Positions 59,084-64,000 of a stretch of DNA of 64,000 nt are shown in pieces. The DNA is taken from contig JAPFQF010000036.1 in assembly GCA_029255365.1 (NCBI GenBank), positions 30,237-94,236 on the forward strand. Reading direction: 5' to 3'. The translations under genes and the position numbers were made by a program. The stretch's first letter is position 1; each line of letters begins with the position of its first letter. The notes below the pieces were generated by a model. That model did not search any database. It saw only the letters and a program-made list of their open reading frames with translations, and was not told the DNA's origin. Origin of the DNA: Nitrosopumilus sp. (lineage in GTDB: Archaea > Thermoproteota > Nitrososphaeria > Nitrososphaerales > Nitrosopumilaceae).

Positions 59084-60401
59084 TGGTCTTAAGAACAGTC
59101 TTGGAGAAGCCATTAAAAGAATTGTAAAATCTTCGGGCATAGATGAAGATCTAATCAAAGAATTATCTAAGGATGTCCAAAGAGCCTTACTGCAATCTGA
59201 TGTTAATGTGCGCCTTGTATTGGAAATTACAAAGAGCCTTGAGGCGCGTGCTCTGAATGAAATTCCTCCCCCCGGCCTCTCAAGAAAGGATCACATTGTA
59301 AAGATCCTTTATGACGAACTTTCAAAATTACTTGGAAATGAATCTGAATTTGATTTTAAATCTGGGAAGCAAAATAAGATCATCTTATTGGGGATTCAAG
59401 GCAGCGGAAAAACCACTGTGGCGTCAAAGTTGGCCAAATTTCTAACTGGACAGGGATGCAAAGTAGGGGTTGTCGGGGCTGATACGTACAGACCTGGGGC
59501 ATTGGTTCAACTAAGAACCATGTGTGAAAAATCAAATGTTGAAGTGTACGGTGAAGAAAATAACAAGGATTCTCCCAATATTGTAAAAAACGGTCTCAAG
59601 CATTTTGCAGGTCAACCATTGGATGTCATACTAATCGACACTGCTGGACGTCATAAAGAAGAACATGATCTTTTTGAAGAAATGGAGAGGATAAACAAAG
59701 TGGCAGATCCTGATTTATCTTTGCTGGTAATTGACGGGACAATAGGACAGCAATGCTTCAACCAGGCAGAAGCGTTTCATAAGACAATTCCGGTGGGCGG
59801 CATCATAATTACCAAATTGGATAGTTCGGCAAAAGGCGGTGGAGCACTTGCAGCATCTGCAGCCACTGGTGCACAAATAATGTACATTGGAACTGGCGAA
59901 AGGATAGATGATTTAGAAAAATTTTCTCCTACCAGATTCGTTGGAAGATTGCTGGGTATGGGCGATATTCAGGCCGTATTGGATTTAGCTAAACGATTAG
60001 AAAATGAGGGCGATGATGTAAGAATGAAGCGGATTTCAAGTGGAAAAATGAACATGGAGGATTTTTTTTATCAGCTTGAGGAGGTTACAAAAGTTGGCTC
60101 TCTGCAAGGACTTCTAGACAGCATGCCTGGTTTATCTGGAATGGTAAAAGGTGATCAAGTAAACCAGATGGAGGGTAGAGTTTCAAAATGGAGATACATC
60201 ATTCAAAGCATGACCAAAGCAGAAAAAGCGGATCCAGATCTGTTAAACTCCTCGAGAATCAAAAGAATTTCCCGCGGTTCTGGATGGCCAGAAGGGGAAG
60301 TCAAAGAATTGATTAAAAATTATAAAAATTCCAAGAATATGATGAAGGCTTCCAAAGGCCGTCAGATGCAAGGAACTCTTAGAAAAATGGGCTTAGGATA
60401 A
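59076..60401 (+). CDS. srp54: Signal recognition particle protein SRP54
   Basis: [23 protein letters not shown] domain IIQSMT. Confidence 0.97.
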   Translation: MLDGLKNSLGEAIKRIVKSSGIDEDLIKELSKDVQRALLQSDVNVRLVLEITKSLEARALNEIPPPGLSRKDHIVKILYDELSKLLGNESEFDFKSGKQNKIILLGIQGSGKTTVASKLAKFLTGQGCKVGVVGADTYRPGALVQLRTMCEKSNVEVYGEENNKDSPNIVKNGLKHFAGQPLDVILIDTAGRHKEEHDLFEEMERINKVADPDLSLLVIDGTIGQQCFNQAEAFHKTIPVGGIIITKLDSSAKGGGALAASAATGAQIMYIGTGERIDDLEKFSPTRFVGRLLGMGDIQAVLDLAKRLENEGDDVRMKRISSGKMNMEDFFYQLEEVTKVGSLQGLLDSMPGLSGMVKGDQVNQMEGRVSKWRYIIQSMTKAEKADPDLLNSSRIKRISRGSGWPEGEVKELIKNYKNSKNMMKASKGRQMQGTLRKMGLG

Positions 60402-60422
60402 CCACTAATCAAAATTTTAAAG

Positions 60423-61562
60423 ATGTCGAATTACCAGAAAATTATCCCTATTGCAAATAAAATTACTAGAAAATATGATTTATGTGATCACTGTTTGGGT
60501 AGATTGTTTTCAAAACAGTTGCATCTTACATCCAACAAACTTCTTGGAAAAAAATTAAATCCAAAATCTATAAAAAAATGCTATGTGTGCAAGAATCTCT
60601 TTGATAATCTAGATCATTTTTTAAAACTAATGCTTGACGCCTCTGCTGACTATTCTTTCAAAACTTTCAGTGTGGGATTTATGATAAAACCCTCGATCGT
60701 TGATAGGGATGATCTCATTAGATCTCTGTACAAACTAAAAGGAATTGATAGCGTAAAGGCTGGCATTGCAAAAGAATTGGGAAAACTGTATTCTAAAAAA
60801 ACAAAAAAAATGATTGATCACCTTGATCCTGATGTTACTTTTACAATAAATCTGAAAGACGAATCGTGCGAATTGCGTTCAAAATACATCACCCTTTCTG
60901 GGAGATATGCTAAACTTGAGCGAGGATTTTCTCAAAAACAAAAACCATGTGACAATTGTTCGGGAAAGGGGTGTAGGGTCTGTGATTTTCATGGCATTGC
61001 AGAATTTGACAGCGTTGAAGGCGTAATATCCAAACTGCTTTTTCAAAAACTTGGCGGCACCACTGCAAAATTCACCTGGATTGGAGGTGAGGACAAATCT
61101 AGCCTGGTTTTGGGAGACGGGCGACCATTTTTTGTAAAAATACTAAACCCTAACAAGAGAAATGCGAAATTATCTAATGTCACTGCTGATCCAATCAAAA
61201 TCAACCATTTGAAATTAGTCCGTGGATCCCCCAAAAAACCTCTTAAATTCAATTCCACCATCAGTGCAAGAATATCCACTGAATCTCAGATTGATTCAAA
61301 GAGTCTTAAAAAATTAAAAGTTCTTACCTCCAACCCTGTCGTGGTTTATGACAAGTCTGGAAAACGTTCTGAAAAGAAAATTTTTGATGTAAGATACAAA
61401 ACGTCTTCAAAGAACATGTTTACTCTGATAATCAAGGCTGAGGGGGGCCTCCCAATCAAACGATTTGTTATTGGCGATGATATTACCCCTGGAATTTCAA
61501 AAATTCTTGACACTCAATGCGTGTGTATGGAATTTGACTTTCTTGAGGTTGAAGTACAATGA
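60423..61562 (+). CDS. pus10: Pus10-family pseudouridine synthase homologue (degenerate motifs)
   Basis: CDHCLGR, CYVC THUMP region, GRYAKLERG, GGED...LGDGRPF, GGLPIK. Confidence 0.85.
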   Translation: MSNYQKIIPIANKITRKYDLCDHCLGRLFSKQLHLTSNKLLGKKLNPKSIKKCYVCKNLFDNLDHFLKLMLDASADYSFKTFSVGFMIKPSIVDRDDLIRSLYKLKGIDSVKAGIAKELGKLYSKKTKKMIDHLDPDVTFTINLKDESCELRSKYITLSGRYAKLERGFSQKQKPCDNCSGKGCRVCDFHGIAEFDSVEGVISKLLFQKLGGTTAKFTWIGGEDKSSLVLGDGRPFFVKILNPNKRNAKLSNVTADPIKINHLKLVRGSPKKPLKFNSTISARISTESQIDSKSLKKLKVLTSNPVVVYDKSGKRSEKKIFDVRYKTSSKNMFTLIIKAEGGLPIKRFVIGDDITPGISKILDTQCVCMEFDFLEVEVQ

Positions 61563-61597
61563 TAACAATTAACTAGCGCTAAAAATCGTGATTCTGT

Positions 61598-61690
61598 ATG
61601 CCAGAGAGAAAAAAAAATAAGCACATGAGACATGCTGATCAACGGGCTGATAGACGAAAGAAGAAGAAAGCCGGCAAACCAAGTTCCTGA
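61598..61690 (+). CDS. Small basic peptide (30 aa)
   Basis: MPERKKNKHMRHADQRADRRKKKKAGKPSS fills the pus10-next gene gap. Confidence 0.5.
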   Translation: MPERKKNKHMRHADQRADRRKKKKAGKPSS

Positions 61691-61726
61691 TCGAATCAAC
61701 CTTTTTACATTCAAAATTGTCGAGGG

Positions 61727-62440
61727 ATGATGTTGGATCCTCTAGTACGTTTCAAAGATGCACACTCTAAGGGAATTATCCCTGATGATGTTTTTGATTT
61801 GACTATGAAGCGATTCCCACTTGCCATTGAAGGAATCAATCGAATTGAAAAAGCGTCTGGAATCGAGTATCCTATAGCATATGTTGAGCCTTCCTTGGTT
61901 ATTTCATCGCCTAATCCAAATTCATATGAATTTGGAATCTTGTTTGCCAGAACCATCCCGATAATGTTTGAAGAAAAATTCCAGGTTGTTATTCAAATTT
62001 CGGCACCATTGATTGCTTACGGCCTTAAGGGGACAATTCATGCAATTTTGGCTCATGAGTTTTTACATTTCTTGGATTTGATGAGAAAAATCTCAAAAAT
62101 GGAGTTGCTATCTGATGAAATTTCTGGAAATTTGTTTGAAAATGTTTACAGTGATCAAACTAGGCTGTTTGAACCACGGGCTGTCTTCAAAGATCGTACC
62201 TTGCTAAACCATATTATGAAAAAATTCCCTGCAGGATTTAGAGATTTTAAGCTTGAAGACAAGGTGATGAAATTCTGGGCTGAGAAAAATCTTCCAAAGA
62301 CAAACATCTCGTTAGACACTAACACGGTAAAACTATCTGTAGAATCTCTTTCTAAAATCAAGCTTGATCCTGCATTTATTTCAAAAATGGAATTATTAGA
62401 ACAAAAAAGCTCAAAAATTCATAAAAAAAGACTCTATTAG
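61727..62440 (+). CDS. Hypothetical protein with zincin-like HExxH motif
   Basis: AILAHEFLHF. Confidence 0.78.
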   Translation: MMLDPLVRFKDAHSKGIIPDDVFDLTMKRFPLAIEGINRIEKASGIEYPIAYVEPSLVISSPNPNSYEFGILFARTIPIMFEEKFQVVIQISAPLIAYGLKGTIHAILAHEFLHFLDLMRKISKMELLSDEISGNLFENVYSDQTRLFEPRAVFKDRTLLNHIMKKFPAGFRDFKLEDKVMKFWAEKNLPKTNISLDTNTVKLSVESLSKIKLDPAFISKMELLEQKSSKIHKKRLY

Positions 62441-62557
62441 AAATTGGACATTTGCTTAAATTATTACTGATTTTTTTTGAGATGGTAAAAATCACAACGC
62501 ATGATCATATAATATTTGAAAACGAAATTTTCTCACAAGTATTTTTAAAATCTTTTT

Positions 62558-62743
62558 TTATTGTTTGAATTCTGTTAACCCACACTTACCGCAAGTGTTT
62601 CTGTCTTTGTGTTGGGCCATGAATGTTCCTTTGCCACATCTGGAACACACTTTTCTAGTTCTCGATGCTTTTTCTCCCTCTACCTTGTAATAAGATGCAA
62701 TGCTGGGGTTAGAACCCTTGCTTCCTTTTTTCACTACGGGCAT
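62558..62743 (-). CDS. rps27ae: 30S ribosomal protein S27ae
   Basis: CSRCGKGTFMAQHKDR...CGKCG. Confidence 0.95.
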   Translation of the reverse strand: MPVVKKGSKGSNPSIASYYKVEGEKASRTRKVCSRCGKGTFMAQHKDRNTCGKCGLTEFKQ

Positions 62744-63129
62744 TATTCTGATTTCTCCTCTGCTTTAGCTTCTTCAACCGGTGCTTCTACTGCTTTCGCT
62801 GCTGCGTCAGCTTCTTTCGCTGCTGCGTCAGCTTCTGCAATTTTAGCTTTAGTTTTTTCTAGTCTTAAAAATATTGTAGGATTAATGTGTTTTTTAGCTA
62901 ATGTCTCGTCATCATAAACATAGAATGTTCCTGTAATGAGAGATTTGCCGACCTGAGTTTTTAATCTCATTGGGATTACCACTTTGCCATCAAGCTTGAA
63001 CTCTTTTGTAATCATGTCTGCTGCTTCTATGCTTTTGAGCTTGCCTCCAAGGCCTGCAAAATTACAAGTTAATTCCCTTCTGGATAGAAAGGAGTTGTTG
63101 ACGTCTGTAACTGTCTTAATTAGTGACAT
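62743..63129 (-). CDS. rps24e: 30S ribosomal protein S24e
   Basis: NSFLSRREL, YVYD; adjacent to S27ae. Confidence 0.9.
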   Translation of the reverse strand: MSLIKTVTDVNNSFLSRRELTCNFAGLGGKLKSIEAADMITKEFKLDGKVVIPMRLKTQVGKSLITGTFYVYDDETLAKKHINPTIFLRLEKTKAKIAEADAAAKEADAAAKAVEAPVEEAKAEEKSE

Positions 63130-63166
63130 GTATCAAAAATCTCTAGATATTTCATATAAACCTTGA

Positions 63167-63772
63167 TTGCAGTTGCAGAAGAAATTTAAGAAATTCCCTC
63201 AAACCTATCTTGTGGAACGATATTTACTGCATTTTAAAAATGAAACATATCTGCCCCGTGATTGTAGAGAACTGGTGCACAAGGCAAGAGGCCTTATATC
63301 TGACATGAATGTCTCGGTAAGGCTTGCTAGGGTTGCCACCAAATTTATCGAGTTTGATATAGCTGCAGAAAAAGTAGATTTGGACACACTTGTAGAAAAA
63401 TTATCCCCTGTTGGAGAAATTGATAACGTGCGACATGTTGTTGAGGAGCATTTGGATAAAGACAAAGGACTTGAAGACGGAATATTTTATTTTAACAACG
63501 AGCGATTTTGGGAATGTCATGAAGCATTTGAAGGGGTCTGGAATCAATGTTACGGGAGAGAAAAGGAGCTAGTTCAGGGCATCATTCTAGTGGCTGTTGC
63601 ATTTGCTCATGAGCAGGAAAATGAGGAAAGTGTGGGTATTGGAATGCTGAAGAGATCTTTAGAAAAACTAGGTACATCGCCTTCGATGTATCATTCGATT
63701 GATGTCGATAAAATTAGAAAAAATGCAGTTGATATGCAACAAGCAAACAAGCTAACTAGATTTGAGATTTAA
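63167..63772 (+). CDS. DUF309-domain protein
   Basis: FNNERFWECHEAFEGVW, QGII...AVAFAH; start may be GTG near 63212. Confidence 0.85.
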   Translation: MQLQKKFKKFPQTYLVERYLLHFKNETYLPRDCRELVHKARGLISDMNVSVRLARVATKFIEFDIAAEKVDLDTLVEKLSPVGEIDNVRHVVEEHLDKDKGLEDGIFYFNNERFWECHEAFEGVWNQCYGREKELVQGIILVAVAFAHEQENEESVGIGMLKRSLEKLGTSPSMYHSIDVDKIRKNAVDMQQANKLTRFEI

Positions 63773-64000
63773 TTAATTCAAGTGCTTTTTCAACAACGTC
63801 TGCGCCTTGAAGCAGTCCTATACTTCCTTTTCTTGCTTGCTCTTCGGTCATTCTAGTTGTCCCGTCTTTTTTTATAAAATCACCTGAGACTAGGATTGGA
63901 ACAGGATCGTCACTGTGGCCTTTGTTGATGCACGGGGTTGAATGATCTGCAGAAATTATTATTGCAACTTTACTTGAATCAATATTCTCAACAAGTGTTT
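63756..64000 (-). CDS. apgM: 2,3-BPG-independent phosphoglycerate mutase, 3' end (partial)
   Basis: Read manually: IISADHSTPCINKGHSDDPVP...KGSIG...ELIKSQI*. Confidence 0.9.
   Translation of the reverse strand, partial: TLVENIDSSKVAIIISADHSTPCINKGHSDDPVPILVSGDFIKKDGTTRMTEEQARKGSIGLLQGADVVEKALELIKSQI

Noticed and set aside
62798-62836. Short tandem repeat in rps24e tail (EADAAAK x2)
   Set aside because: Ordinary low-complexity tail expansion
1329-63465. Numerous 60-200 aa antisense or overlapping track ORFs (e.g. 19968-20501, 23248-23709, 33703-34314)
   Set aside because: Shadow frames of well-supported genes

Overview
Chromosomal window from an ammonia-oxidising thaumarchaeote (Nitrosopumilaceae-like, inferred from gene content and protein sequences). 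Most of it is housekeeping: tetrapyrrole/haem genes (hemL-hemC-cobA-hemD, hemB-hemA-sirC, fused ahbAB, ChdC-like), SUF Fe-S assembly (sufB-sufD-Rieske-sufS-sufU, with sufC 17 kb away), pgk, apgM, TFB, Gar1, SRP19/SRP54, ScpA/B, aIF-1A, aIF-5A, Dph6, a degenerate Pus10, S8e/S24e/S27ae, and three tRNAs (Glu, intron-containing Leu and Tyr). An accessory block at about 22.3-27.9 kb carries SbtA/SbtB, an ars cassette and the most unusual feature: a 5'-truncated, highly divergent tubulin-like ORF (23184-23969). By manual alignment it resembles eukaryotic tubulin through the C-terminal H11/H12 helices, and it is coupled to an unknown coiled-coil gene. Reading the intergenic DNA also gave features missing from the ORF track: two C/D-box sRNAs (one predicted to guide Cm34 of a CAU-anticodon tRNA), a 47-aa metallothionein-like peptide, five other Cys/His metal-binding microproteins, a 30-aa basic peptide, several operator-like palindromes, a motif shared upstream of both suf loci, and a frameshifted Lrp/AsnC gene. 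All homology calls are by eye; no database searches were run.
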